Below are positions 17,060 through 26,332 of a stretch of DNA of 64,000 bases, one piece after another (position 1 is the first letter of the stretch; every line of letters starts with the position of its first letter). The notes beneath the pieces are model-generated. The model saw only the letters and a list, made by a program, of their open reading frames with translations, was not told the origin of the DNA and did not search any database. The stretch is taken from the IMG/VR virus record IMGVR_UViG_3300043024_000042, one strand, 5' to 3'. The position numbers were made by a program, and so were the translations under genes. The stretch is from a virus (taxonomy: Duplodnaviria > Heunggongvirae > Uroviricota > Caudoviricetes).

Positions 17060-17638
17060 TGCCAACGGGGTGTTCAAAACACTCGGGGCATCGAATCATA
17101 ACAAGGACGGAGAGAGGGAGAGTAATGACTACTATGCCACCGACCCGATAGCGATAGACAAACTAAGAAAGGAGATAGATCTTCCCGAAGTGATTTACGA
17201 GCCTGCTTGTGGTAGCGGACATCTTGCCCTGCGGCTTATCGAGTACGGGCATGAGGTTATATCATCGGACTTGGTGGATAGAGGGCATGGAAAGGGTGGT
17301 GTGGATTTCCTGAAAACGGAATCATTGCCGGACGATCGGATAACCTGCATCCTGACGAATCCACCCTACAAGTACGCGACAGAGTTTGTCGTTCATGCCC
17401 TTAAACTGCTCCCCGAAGGAGGGCTGTGTTGTATGTTTCTCAGGACGCTGTTTTTAGAGGGCAAGACGCGGTTTGAACGTATCTTTAGTATTACCCCCCC
17501 TATTGCGTTTTGCAGTCGTCAGAGCGCATCAGATGCGCCAAAAACGGGGAGTTTGACGGGTCGGCTGGCTGTCAGTCTTATGCCTGGTTTGTGTGGAGGA
17601 AAGGTTGGTACGGGGAACCTACTATCAGGTGGATATAA
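17013..17638 (+). CDS. N6-adenine DNA methyltransferase, frame broken at the C7 tract 17494-17500
   Basis: EPACGSGHL (motif I) and TNPPY (motif IV). After the C tract the -1 frame reads YCVLQSSERIRCAKNGEFDGSAGCQSYAWFVWRKGWYGEPTIRWI*, a typical MTase C-terminus ending at 17638. Eight C would restore a single ORF. The current frame runs to 17684 as low-complexity sequence. Confidence 0.7.
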
Positions 17639-17769
17639 TAAAAGGGCGACGCTTCGCCCTCTGTCCTTAATAAACCATTATTAAAACAAATCATACTATG
17701 AAGAAACATGCGTAATTAACGTGAGACAAATATACGAAAGTCTTTCTTATCTCCAAAATTTAGGGAATA

Positions 17770-17800
17770 AAAAGTGGGACGATTTCTCGTCCCACTCTTA
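17770..17800. terminator. bidirectional rho-independent terminator candidate
   Basis: AAAAAGTGGGACGATTTCTCGTCCCACTCTT: a 9-bp perfect stem flanked by an A-run and T-rich sequence. Confidence 0.5.
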
Positions 17801-18033
17801 AACTACCACGAATTGAGAGACTTTTCATCAATTCATGCGCAAAGTTACGCAAAGTTTTGTAAACCACAAACTTTTTGACGGATTTTGTGTATAGTGCGCG
17901 GGAAATCCGCTTTTCTTTAATTCTTTAATTCGCTAACAGAAGTTAAAGTCTATTAAAGAAGTATTCAAGTAGTATCATTATTCGGGATTAATTCATATAT
18001 TTGCTCCCGAAATTTAATCAAACTACTACGAAT

Positions 18034-18405
18034 ATGGAAAGAAAGTCAAAAGAAATGAGCTTCACGCGCTCTGAAAACGTGCAGCAGCCGTTGTTTGACA
18101 ATGGCATCACTCTCGCTGGAACAGACGAGAAAGACCCCATGAAAGCCCAACTGGTTGCGGAAGGGTACAAAATTGTATCGGAAAACAGCTTTGGAGTAAC
18201 GGCCACAAGGATGGGAACAAAGCCCATGTTCCTTGCCAAGACCAAGGATGGCTATATGCCCAGCGACACGAAGGTATCCCTTATGATTCCCGAATCCCTT
18301 TATTCACAGATGCGCATTGTTTGCGTCAAGGAGAAGGCAAGCCTTACGCAGGGCCTTGTGCAGGCAATAATGGAGTATTTGACCAAAAGAGGAATTGAGT
18401 ATTAA
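18034..18405 (+). CDS. small protein upstream of parA, possible partition or DNA-binding partner
   Basis: ATG at 18034. C-terminus VSLMIPESLYSQMRIVCVKEKASLTQGLVQAIMEYL is ribbon-helix-helix-like. Its position next to parA suggests a partner role, but function is not established. Confidence 0.3.
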   Translation: MERKSKEMSFTRSENVQQPLFDNGITLAGTDEKDPMKAQLVAEGYKIVSENSFGVTATRMGTKPMFLAKTKDGYMPSDTKVSLMIPESLYSQMRIVCVKEKASLTQGLVQAIMEYLTKRGIEY

Positions 18406-19204
18406 AAGAGTTATGCTTATGGTTATTTCCATTATTAACAACAAGGGAGGTGTAGGCAAGACTATGACTGCCCAAAACCTCGGTGCTGCGCTTGCCCTTT
18501 GTGGCAAGCAGGTTTGTCTTATCGACCTCGACAGCCAGCACAATCTGACCACTCGATACGAAAACACGGGAAGGGAAGAGGTTAAAGACGGTGAACTGTA
18601 TTCCAATCAGACCATTGAGGATTACATTGACAATCCACGGCTACCCATTCGCCCGTTGAAGGTGAAGGACAATCTCTATATCATCCCATCGACCACAAGG
18701 CTCGCAAGGGTGAGCGCTGCCATGTACAATCTTAGCAAGGGACAGCAACCAAGCTACAAACTTTCCAATATATGCAATGCTATGCGCCAGGGCTTCGACT
18801 ATATTATAGTGGACTGCGCACCGAGCATGAGCGCTTTGATGGTGAACGCTGCGGTAGCCGCAGACATGATCATCATCCCCGTGAGTTGTCAGGATGCCCT
18901 GATGGGAGCAGGTGAGGGTGTATTTGAGTTGATGGACAACAACAAACTCGACACTCCTTATTACTTCCTCCAGACTATCTATGAGGACCGTTTGAAGTCC
19001 AACCGCGACCGCAAGCGTCAGTTACTATCCAAGGCTTTTGACCATACTTTGCACACGGAGATAAAGAGGAATGAGTATCTGAACCTCTCTGCGGAGTGCG
19101 GTCAGGATGTGTACGAGTATGCTCCCAAAAGCAGGGGAGCGGAGGATTACATGACTTTGGCATTAGAAGTAATCGGTATTACCAGCAAAAGAAGAAAGGA
19201 GTAA
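18395..19204 (+). CDS. parA: ParA/Soj-family partition ATPase
   Basis: Deviant Walker A ISIINNKGGVGKTMTAQNLG and Walker B IIVDCAPS. 269 aa. Confidence 0.85.
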   Translation: MSIKRVMLMVISIINNKGGVGKTMTAQNLGAALALCGKQVCLIDLDSQHNLTTRYENTGREEVKDGELYSNQTIEDYIDNPRLPIRPLKVKDNLYIIPSTTRLARVSAAMYNLSKGQQPSYKLSNICNAMRQGFDYIIVDCAPSMSALMVNAAVAADMIIIPVSCQDALMGAGEGVFELMDNNKLDTPYYFLQTIYEDRLKSNRDRKRQLLSKAFDHTLHTEIKRNEYLNLSAECGQDVYEYAPKSRGAEDYMTLALEVIGITSKRRKE

Positions 19205-19206
19205 TT

Positions 19207-19608
19207 ATGGAATTGACGAGTGAGAATGTCTGTAAGGTGTTCAATGATTGCAAGTCCGTTAATATCCCTACCGATGAAACGGATAATGAGAGCGCTATCG
19301 TTGAAGGTGTGCTGCTGATAGCCCGATTCGACAAGAAAGCGCTCGAGCGGCATCGTGACAATATAAGGTCGATGGTAAGACGGCTTCCCATCCCTTTCCG
19401 TCCTACCAAATTCGGTGGTGGCGGTGGATGGAGTTTCCTGAATATGTGCGATGATGAGAAGGGCTGTCAATGGACCGGATTTCATGTGGTCATGGACCAG
19501 CTGCTTTGCCTCGGACTTGCTACCGGACTGATGGGCTACAATATCAGGCAAAGGGATACATGGGATGTTTTCTATGGCGGTATGCCCTATGTGAAAGTAA
19601 ATGTATGA
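19207..19608 (+). CDS. hypothetical protein, 134 aa
   Basis: ATG at 19207 directly after the parA stop. The ORF-track start at 19096 is an over-extension. Confidence 0.4.
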   Translation: MELTSENVCKVFNDCKSVNIPTDETDNESAIVEGVLLIARFDKKALERHRDNIRSMVRRLPIPFRPTKFGGGGGWSFLNMCDDEKGCQWTGFHVVMDQLLCLGLATGLMGYNIRQRDTWDVFYGGMPYVKVNV

Positions 19609-20167
19609 GAGTATGAAAGCGAAAGAAGATAAATACGAGAGCATCTGTGCGAAACTTCACAAGTTGAAGGCTCTTGCCGACCAAGGATATGAGGGTGAAG
19701 CGGAAAACGCTCGTCGTCTTATCCAATCCATCTGCACGAAATACGGCATCATCCAAGATGATTTGTTTAACGCAGATAAGCGAAGGTACTACGTGATCAA
19801 CACGGGCGCGAGCAAGGATATGAAATCCTTGTATTTCCGCTGCCTTGCAAGCGTTACAGATATCTCAAAGATGGAGTATATCAATTACAGAGGGAAGATA
19901 AAGCTGTATCTGACCACCCTGGAGTACGTGGAGAGTGTCGCAATGTTTGACTGGCATAAAGCGAATTACAAGAAGGAATTAAAGCGTGTTATGGATGATT
20001 TTAACTCCGCTTACCTCTTGAAGCACGATCTTCTTTTACCCAAGGAAAGGTCTGGCGAAGAAAAGCCCGAGAAAAATTTCACCCCGGACGATTACCAGCG
20101 GTTGATGCGTATCTGCTCCATGAAAGACGGTATGGAGGATACGCACTACCATAAGAGAATAGAATGA
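19601..20167 (+). CDS. hypothetical protein, 188 aa
   Basis: ORF. Translation KLHKLKALADQGYEGEAENARRLIQ. Confidence 0.4.
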   Translation: MYESMKAKEDKYESICAKLHKLKALADQGYEGEAENARRLIQSICTKYGIIQDDLFNADKRRYYVINTGASKDMKSLYFRCLASVTDISKMEYINYRGKIKLYLTTLEYVESVAMFDWHKANYKKELKRVMDDFNSAYLLKHDLLLPKERSGEEKPEKNFTPDDYQRLMRICSMKDGMEDTHYHKRIE

Positions 20168-20239
20168 TTGTATTAACTGATAAATAGTGGGGTAGGGTAG
20201 TTTCCGCTACCCATCCCCTTGTCTTTTGGGATTGAAAGA

Positions 20240-20267
20240 GCGGTCGCAGTGATGCGACCCTTTTTTA
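20240..20267. terminator. rho-independent terminator between convergent gene blocks
   Basis: GGTCGCA-GTGA-TGCGACC stem-loop followed by TTTTTT. Confidence 0.6.
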
Positions 20268-20272
20268 TTGTG

Positions 20273-20641
20273 CTAACGGGAATGTGGAATGAAGAAGTCT
20301 GTGACAATCTTATCCAATTCCTTTTGCGTGAACGATAGGCAATAGACCTTGCTCTTGCCATCCACCAGGCCCGTTGTATACGATTCAATGAGCAATTCCC
20401 TCGTTTGATGGTCGAACAGATGTGATGGAAGTCTGTCCCGATGCTGCTTGACCAAAATGGCGAGTGGCTGCGGATTATCACCGGTCAGATACTGTTTCGC
20501 GTCGTCAAGTCCTTCCTCGTACTCAATCAGCATCTTCTCCGCAATCTGCTTTGATTCGACATCCTCATGCGCCTTGTTCCTGAAATCGTTGATGAGAGCC
20601 TTTCTTCTCTCTGCTACAACATCCGTTGTCATATCATTCAA
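20273..20641 (-). CDS. hypothetical protein with Y-x-x-G-L-D-D motifs, paralog of 289..759
   Basis: YEEGLDDAKQY and YTTGLVDGKSKVY. Confidence 0.4.
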   Translation of the reverse strand: MNDMTTDVVAERRKALINDFRNKAHEDVESKQIAEKMLIEYEEGLDDAKQYLTGDNPQPLAILVKQHRDRLPSHLFDHQTRELLIESYTTGLVDGKSKVYCLSFTQKELDKIVTDFFIPHSR

Positions 20642-20921
20642 ACTTGATGTTGTGTTCGACTGCGCAGCAGCCCAGCACCCAAGCCTGCTTCTCTGAAATG
20701 AAAGCGACCTGTCTGTGGTTGTTCGGGTCCATGTGGTCGAGAATGGTGTCTGCTACCTGCGCGGCGAATGTCTTGGTCTTTTTTATGGCATCCAAGAAGT
20801 CACCTACATAATAAAATGCAAACTCGAAGTAATCTTCGTTGTTCTCTCTTGTGGCAGTTGAATAACCTTTCAGTCTGTCTGCCACCTTTCTCACGTCATT
20901 GTAGTTCTCTCTTTCAATCAT
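20634..20921 (-). CDS. hypothetical protein, 95 aa
   Basis: ORF overlapping the next gene by 8 nt. Confidence 0.4.
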   Translation of the reverse strand: MIERENYNDVRKVADRLKGYSTATRENNEDYFEFAFYYVGDFLDAIKKTKTFAAQVADTILDHMDPNNHRQVAFISEKQAWVLGCCAVEHNIKFE

Positions 20922-21172
20922 AATCGTTGTTGTTTGGTTTGTTAAATTAATATGCTTCTATGTGTATAGGCCGGTGCAAAACTTGCTTATCCTTTCTATT
21001 TTTGTTTTGTCTCGTACAAAATAGTAAGTTTGTAAGCTTTCATAGAGTGCCGCGTTTCTCTCACTTCATATCGCAGGACATTAAAGCCCTGCGATTTCAA
21101 CCCGTCCACATAATCGGATAGCGTTTTGAAGGAGTTGGCGGTAAGAACCTTGTAGTGTATCATGCCAATTTA

Positions 21173-21466
21173 TTAGAATACGTTTTCGATAGTCTGTTTT
21201 GATACTTCCATCATCAATTCATTCTCGCAATCGTCACCGGTACACAAGTAGTAGAACTCGTATTGATTAGGAAACCCGTCTATCGGTTTCTTTTCATTGC
21301 TAAGCTTTTGCTCAGCTTGGATGAAACCTATCATTTTCTTAACGCTTTCTTCTTTATAGAAAGCAAACGCTCTCTTCGCTGCACGGACATTATCGTACAG
21401 CTTAGATACATACTGAATTTGTCCTCCGTTAATTCTGCGGCAAAGCAACATGTTGTAAACTTCCAT
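21173..21466 (-). CDS. hypothetical protein, 97 aa
   Basis: ORF only. Confidence 0.4.
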   Translation of the reverse strand: MEVYNMLLCRRINGGQIQYVSKLYDNVRAAKRAFAFYKEESVKKMIGFIQAEQKLSNEKKPIDGFPNQYEFYYLCTGDDCENELMMEVSKQTIENVF

Positions 21467-21584
21467 AATCTATAAATTTGGTTTTGCAAAAATACTACAT
21501 CCCAATTGAATACGCAAATATTTTGGACTCAATCTTCGGTAGGTTTGTTCCCGAGTGCCGTTTCACGGGCACAAGGGAAATTTT

Positions 21585-21881
21585 TCAGGAGAAAATGGTG
21601 AATATACTCGCCGCATCGGATAGCCATCCCCAAAAAAAGTCTATCGTATCATCCCATCCGAGCGTCACCCAAAAGAAAGCGAAAGTCAAGATGAAGAACG
21701 GTATCATGGCAGCGGCAAGCCCCTTCCGCCCTTTCTTTGTCCGCAAATCCTCACCTTCTCCCACTATGTAGCAAGTGGCAAGAGGTATGGTTTGCAGCAA
21801 GAGGTATACGATGAATCCCCAAAAGCCAGTCTGCAAGTAGAACAGAATGACGCACAACAATCCAAATAAAATGAACGGCAT
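21585..21881 (-). CDS. small membrane protein, about 3 TM helices
   Basis: Hydrophobic translation directly downstream of the integrase gene. Confidence 0.35.
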   Translation of the reverse strand: MPFILFGLLCVILFYLQTGFWGFIVYLLLQTIPLATCYIVGEGEDLRTKKGRKGLAAAMIPFFILTFAFFWVTLGWDDTIDFFWGWLSDAASIFTIFS

Positions 21882-21882
21882 A

Positions 21883-22860
21883 TCAATAGAAATAATTAAG
21901 GGTTAATGAATTGAATTTCTCTTTCTCTGTGACGAGATACGTCTGCGTGATGGATGTGGACGAGTGACCCATAAACTTGCTTATGGTCAGGATATCCACA
22001 CCGTGCAGATAGAGGTTGCAAGCAAATGAACGTCTTGCAGTGTGCGAACCAATGTATTTGTATTTCTCCCCGATCATGCGTTTCCCGGCGAGGAATACAG
22101 ATACCTTTTGTGTGATGCCAGCCTTCTTGCAAATCTCCCGAACGTAATGGATGAAGGTTGCGAGGGAAACTTCGCGCTCTTTCGCCTGGTTGAAGTAAGT
22201 CAGGAAGTTGCGGTGCAGCGGCACTGCAATGACCGACTTGGACTTCTGCGATACGTAACGGATAATCCTGCTGTCTTCGTCAATCATCTCCTTCTCGATA
22301 AGCATAAGGTCTGACCTTCGTCCGCCAAGATAGAACTCACAGAGCCATTGCGCCTTGCAGATTCTCTCCATTTTGTTCTCCGGCTCATACGCTTCGAGTA
22401 ATGCTATGTCCGCTTCCGAGAGATACACATTCTCTGATGGCTCATCCTTAACGGATAGCACTTCCTTGTAGGATGTGGTCGGAAGTTCAACGTCGTCTCT
22501 CCATAAGTTAAGCACGGCTTTGAGGATCTTCGTGTACGTCCTTACGGTTTTCGCGCAATTCTTATCCTTCATCAGTCGGACGGTTTTAGCCAGATTCTGC
22601 TTTGTGAGGTCCTTCCATTGCGGAAACTTCTTTCCGGTACCTTCTATTACATAAGGGACGATGTTCGTACCATTATTGGGATGCTTTAATAGCAATGCAC
22701 CAACGAATGACTGCGACCACTTCTCAATGTCCTGACCTTTCTTGTAGTAACCAAGGTAGGCAATCCTTCGAGGAATTTTCGGGTCTCCAACACCGTGAAA
22801 AGCGTGTTCGTAGAGATATTTGCCAGCCTCGATTACTGGCACTGAATAACGTACTCCCAT
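21883..22860 (-). CDS. int: tyrosine site-specific recombinase/integrase
   Basis: C-terminal catalytic region HTARRSFACNLYLHGVDILTISKFMGHSSTSITQTYL (R..H..R..Y). The early-gene element and a GC hairpin (GAGCCGC...GCGGCTC) lie upstream at 22861-22920. Confidence 0.85.
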   Translation of the reverse strand: MGVRYSVPVIEAGKYLYEHAFHGVGDPKIPRRIAYLGYYKKGQDIEKWSQSFVGALLLKHPNNGTNIVPYVIEGTGKKFPQWKDLTKQNLAKTVRLMKDKNCAKTVRTYTKILKAVLNLWRDDVELPTTSYKEVLSVKDEPSENVYLSEADIALLEAYEPENKMERICKAQWLCEFYLGGRRSDLMLIEKEMIDEDSRIIRYVSQKSKSVIAVPLHRNFLTYFNQAKEREVSLATFIHYVREICKKAGITQKVSVFLAGKRMIGEKYKYIGSHTARRSFACNLYLHGVDILTISKFMGHSSTSITQTYLVTEKEKFNSLTLNYFY

Positions 22861-23088
22861 ATCGTTTGTTTTTAAGGGTTAATATTAAAGTTAATTGAGA
22901 GCCGCCTGCTTGTCATGGCACTGCGGCTCGACCCCTAAAATGCTGTGTTTTTCTCAACCTCACTTTCTTCCTCACGATTGCAAAGGTAAACAAAATTATT
23001 GATAAACATTTAAATAACAGATAATTATAACAAACTTTATGGTTCCTTGCAATCCTTTTACAGACCGCAAGGATTAAGTTAAAGAGTG

Positions 23089-23328
23089 TTAACCATTATA
23101 ATTCTTTCCGATGTAGTCCAGCAATACCTGCATATAGGAATCCTCCATCTCATAAAACATAGACATGGTGGCATAATCAGGGTGGTTGAAGTTCTCATGC
23201 CTGCTGCACCACTTATTATAGAAGTGCTGGCCCATCACCTTCCCGAAAATCTTCTCGGCTGTTTCATTACTCCATTCATTTGACATGAAGAGAATCACCT
23301 TTCTAAAGTCTTTTGCTTTCATAATCAT
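23089..23328 (-). CDS. small hypothetical protein, about 80 aa
   Basis: First ATG directly downstream of the conserved element is at 23328 (MIMKAKDF..). The ORF-track extension to 23433 runs through the upstream element. Confidence 0.45.
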   Translation of the reverse strand: MIMKAKDFRKVILFMSNEWSNETAEKIFGKVMGQHFYNKWCSRHENFNHPDYATMSMFYEMEDSYMQVLLDYIGKNYNG

Positions 23329-23384
23329 TTGTTTTAAAGGGTTAGTATTCGCAGCAAGCGGGATTGTCACATCCCGCCAGCCAA

Positions 23385-23729
23385 TCATAATTGGTTGAAT
23401 CCGATAATCGTTTCTTCCAGCCGGTCCTTCCAATCATCGTAATCGTCAAGAGCCTTTCGGATTGTGAAACATTCTCGAAATTTCGGGTCATTCCACTGGC
23501 TCATCAGTTCCTCATCGGCATCGAAATCGTTGTAGTATTCTTCAAGATTCTCGATGGTAAATGGGGTAAGCGAGATGATCATGTCAATGTCATGCTCTGT
23601 CCACGATTCAACCTCTGCGCAGATTCCCTCTTTCTGTCGGAACAAATGTACGTTGTAGTCATTGTCACACAGATAATCGTAGAGTCTTTTCTGCTCTTTG
23701 TCTAACATTTCATACGTTACTTCTTCCAT
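23385..23729 (-). CDS. highly acidic small protein, candidate DNA mimic or anti-defense factor
   Basis: Very Asp/Glu/Tyr/Trp-rich (YYNDFDADEELMSQWNDPKF..DDYDDWKD). Conserved upstream element at 23733-23752. Confidence 0.45.
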   Translation of the reverse strand: MEEVTYEMLDKEQKRLYDYLCDNDYNVHLFRQKEGICAEVESWTEHDIDMIISLTPFTIENLEEYYNDFDADEELMSQWNDPKFRECFTIRKALDDYDDWKDRLEETIIGFNQL

Positions 23730-23795
23730 ATTGCTTGTTTTAAAGGGTTAATAATCGCTGGAGGGTAGCGTACTACCGCAAGCCCTCCATAATAC

Positions 23796-24353
23796 CTACT
23801 CACCTTTGTAGACATAATTCCCGTCTACTAACTCATAATCACTCTTGCACTCTTCCCAAAGTTGGAACACGATATCCCAAGCCTCACGAGCATTTGGATC
23901 AGGATGATTACTGTCAGTTTCCTCTCCGTTTTGTATGACAAGGAATCCGCAGTTATATGTGAAATCCTCGTCAACGTATGTCAGTTCAAAGGCAACATCG
24001 GGGAACTTCTTGGAGAGCGCAAGTATGGCGGGCTTCGGCGTGTCCCACGGAGTTGTAAAGAAACACAAATGCCTTTCACGATTAATGAATACTTCGTCGG
24101 TGTTCCATTTGCATCCCCACTTATCCCATCTCCAATCATGCCAGTCAGCATAGCCGTATTTTCTCTTGTTGGATTCTCTACGGTTCTCGCGCTCCTTCTG
24201 ATTTAGACCGGTGATATCCAATCCCTTGGGCATCGGTACAATTTTGTTGAGGTCAAAGTCACTCTCATCGCTACGCACGAAGTCAAACACTGCGTTTACA
24301 GCCTCCATGTCGTCACTTACAATTACCAAACCGTTACGTACTTCATTTGCCAT
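23796..24353 (-). CDS. hypothetical protein, 185 aa, Trp-rich
   Basis: Upstream element at 24357-24372 plus hairpin GGCGG..CCGCC. Confidence 0.45.
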   Translation of the reverse strand: MANEVRNGLVIVSDDMEAVNAVFDFVRSDESDFDLNKIVPMPKGLDITGLNQKERENRRESNKRKYGYADWHDWRWDKWGCKWNTDEVFINRERHLCFFTTPWDTPKPAILALSKKFPDVAFELTYVDEDFTYNCGFLVIQNGEETDSNHPDPNAREAWDIVFQLWEECKSDYELVDGNYVYKGE

Positions 24354-24413
24354 AATCTAATTATTTTAGGGTTAATAATCGCGAGGCGGGCGGCTATCAA
24401 ACCGCCATCCTCT

Positions 24414-24650
24414 TTAGTACCGCTCTATCAGTCTTGACTTTCTCGGCTTACTGTGCAGATAATCTCGCTCTATTGTGGCGAACGTGCCATTATGGAGGAT
24501 GCCGTATCGCCAAAGTTTCACAAACAGCGGTTTCTCACCATACTGCTCGATGTACATCTTGGTACCGGAGTTGCTGGTGAATTCCTCGTAATGATAGATG
24601 CGTGTCATATCACCACATGATTTCAAGGTCGCCACTTCCATCAAACTCAC
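24414..24650 (-). CDS. hypothetical protein, 78 aa
   Basis: Overlaps the upstream gene by about 40 nt. Probably translationally coupled. Confidence 0.35.
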   Translation of the reverse strand: MSLMEVATLKSCGDMTRIYHYEEFTSNSGTKMYIEQYGEKPLFVKLWRYGILHNGTFATIERDYLHSKPRKSRLIERY

Positions 24651-24963
24651 GCTCCAAGACCGACATCATCCAGTCGTATGCCTGGCCGTAAAGTATGGTG
24701 GATGGTTTACGGTCCTCGAAATTCACTTCATCAGGGTAGGATACTTTCAGATATCCCACATGGCCATCAGGCGAAGTTGCAACAAATTCGCTTTTGGCAA
24801 GCCGCACATACAGCCTGACCATACCGAAGATTTTAACCTTGCACAGCTCAAAGGAAATGCTTGTACCGTCACCATTCTTAGTGATGAACACTTTCGCAGT
24901 TACACCATACGGTGTTCTGTTCTGAATCTTAACGAAGTCAGAACGCAGATCATTTTTCTTCAT
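24610..24963 (-). CDS. hypothetical protein, 117 aa
   Basis: Variant of the upstream element at 24967-24985. Confidence 0.4.
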   Translation of the reverse strand: MKKNDLRSDFVKIQNRTPYGVTAKVFITKNGDGTSISFELCKVKIFGMVRLYVRLAKSEFVATSPDGHVGYLKVSYPDEVNFEDRKPSTILYGQAYDWMMSVLEREFDGSGDLEIMW

Positions 24964-25025
24964 ATCTCTAAAATTTATTGGTTACACATCGTATGCACCG
25001 GGCCTGCCAAAGCCCGGCACACAAT

Positions 25026-25409
25026 TCAGGATTCACTAATCTCGTCATTATCATCGGTGCAGACGAACTCCATATCGGGGTATACTTTCCGCATCATGCC
25101 CAGCAGCCTCTCCATATTACCATGAGGTGTGATGTCATGGAACTCCACGGACAGCCTGCGGTCGGGCAGTGTACTCACACCTATGTAGTCAATCACGTGC
25201 CAGCTGAGGTCGTCGAGCAGTGCGCTTGTTGCAAGCTCCTTGATGGAGCCATGCACCTTGTCAATATCGAACTCCTTCACCAAATCATCAGAATCTTCCT
25301 GCGACTTGGTAATGGAGTGGAACCACGCGAAGAATGACTTCGCCATCTTGTCTGTGCCCATGCACTCTACGTACTTTTTGATGTTGTTTGCCATAATCTT
25401 ACCCTTCAT
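25026..25409 (-). CDS. hypothetical acidic protein
   Basis: ATG at 25409, or alternatively 25394. Overlaps or abuts the stop of the upstream gene. Confidence 0.4.
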   Translation of the reverse strand: MKGKIMANNIKKYVECMGTDKMAKSFFAWFHSITKSQEDSDDLVKEFDIDKVHGSIKELATSALLDDLSWHVIDYIGVSTLPDRRLSVEFHDITPHGNMERLLGMMRKVYPDMEFVCTDDNDEISES

Positions 25410-25830
25410 GTAATTCACTGAGATTCGCTTCCACCTCGCTTGTACCATCGGTAAGGAGGATAATCATATCCTCATACCAATAACCCTCGTTCGAGCGGAT
25501 TTTGGATACCTTGTAGTATCCTGACGTTCCTTTCGGGTCGGGGTCATTCCAATACACTTCGTTGCCGACGCGGACGAAAGGATAACGCTCTCTCAATCTC
25601 TCGTTCTCCTTCTTTTCGTTGTCGTACCAAGTATTGATAATCTCGTCGAAACTTTGCAGTTTGTCGTACAGACCTTTCTCTTTGAGAAGTGGGCGAATCT
25701 TGTACATGGCTTCCGCGATAATCTCATTGCACTCAACCTCTATATCCGAATCCTCGAAGTAGGAGGTGTAGATGTGAGCGTTTTGCAGGCTCTGCATCAT
25801 GTTGTACGCAGCATAATCATTTCCTTTCAT
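25399..25830 (-). CDS. acidic protein with an RLRxxYPFxxVG domain shared with 28661..29425
   Basis: ATG at 25830 downstream of the element at 25838-25855. C-terminal ERLRERYPFVRVGNEVYW..YYKV.. is paralogous to RRLRAEYPFLKVGAYVRV..IYKV.. in 28661..29425. Confidence 0.45.
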   Translation of the reverse strand: MKGNDYAAYNMMQSLQNAHIYTSYFEDSDIEVECNEIIAEAMYKIRPLLKEKGLYDKLQSFDEIINTWYDNEKKENERLRERYPFVRVGNEVYWNDPDPKGTSGYYKVSKIRSNEGYWYEDMIILLTDGTSEVEANLSELHEG

Positions 25831-25898
25831 ATCAATTCTTCTTTTAGGGTTAATGAATAATTGCGGAATAGCGGACTTGTTCAGCCCGCTAAACCATG

Positions 25899-26267
25899 TC
25901 ACTTGCTCATCTCCTTAATGGCTTTTCGCAACATCTCAATATCGCCAATGCACGGATCACCATCCTCGAGCGGCCAGTAGTACGCTCCATTCGGGATGTA
26001 GATGCGGTCAGAGAACTCGGTCTTATCAACATCCGTAATGAAGAGGAACTTTACCTTGTCCTTGATATACCAGAACCAATATTCAGTCCATTCCCAATCT
26101 TCTATCTGATGGTGGCTTATCTCACAGAACTTGTGGACGTTCTTGATGTCGTCGCCACAAAGTTTGAATAACTTGTCGATGCCTTCCCAGGCCTTGGCGA
26201 TGTTCTTAGCCTTTTCTACGGTCATGCGTTCACGCTTTGCATCTTGCAATGAATCTTCTCTTGTCAT
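25899..26267 (-). CDS. hypothetical acidic protein, 122 aa
   Basis: Upstream element at 26272-26290. Confidence 0.4.
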   Translation of the reverse strand: MTREDSLQDAKRERMTVEKAKNIAKAWEGIDKLFKLCGDDIKNVHKFCEISHHQIEDWEWTEYWFWYIKDKVKFLFITDVDKTEFSDRIYIPNGAYYWPLEDGDPCIGDIEMLRKAIKEMSK

Positions 26268-26332
26268 AATCTAATAATTTAAATGGTTAAACAATAGCCA
26301 GCCGGTATGATGCCACTCATACCGACCCTTCC

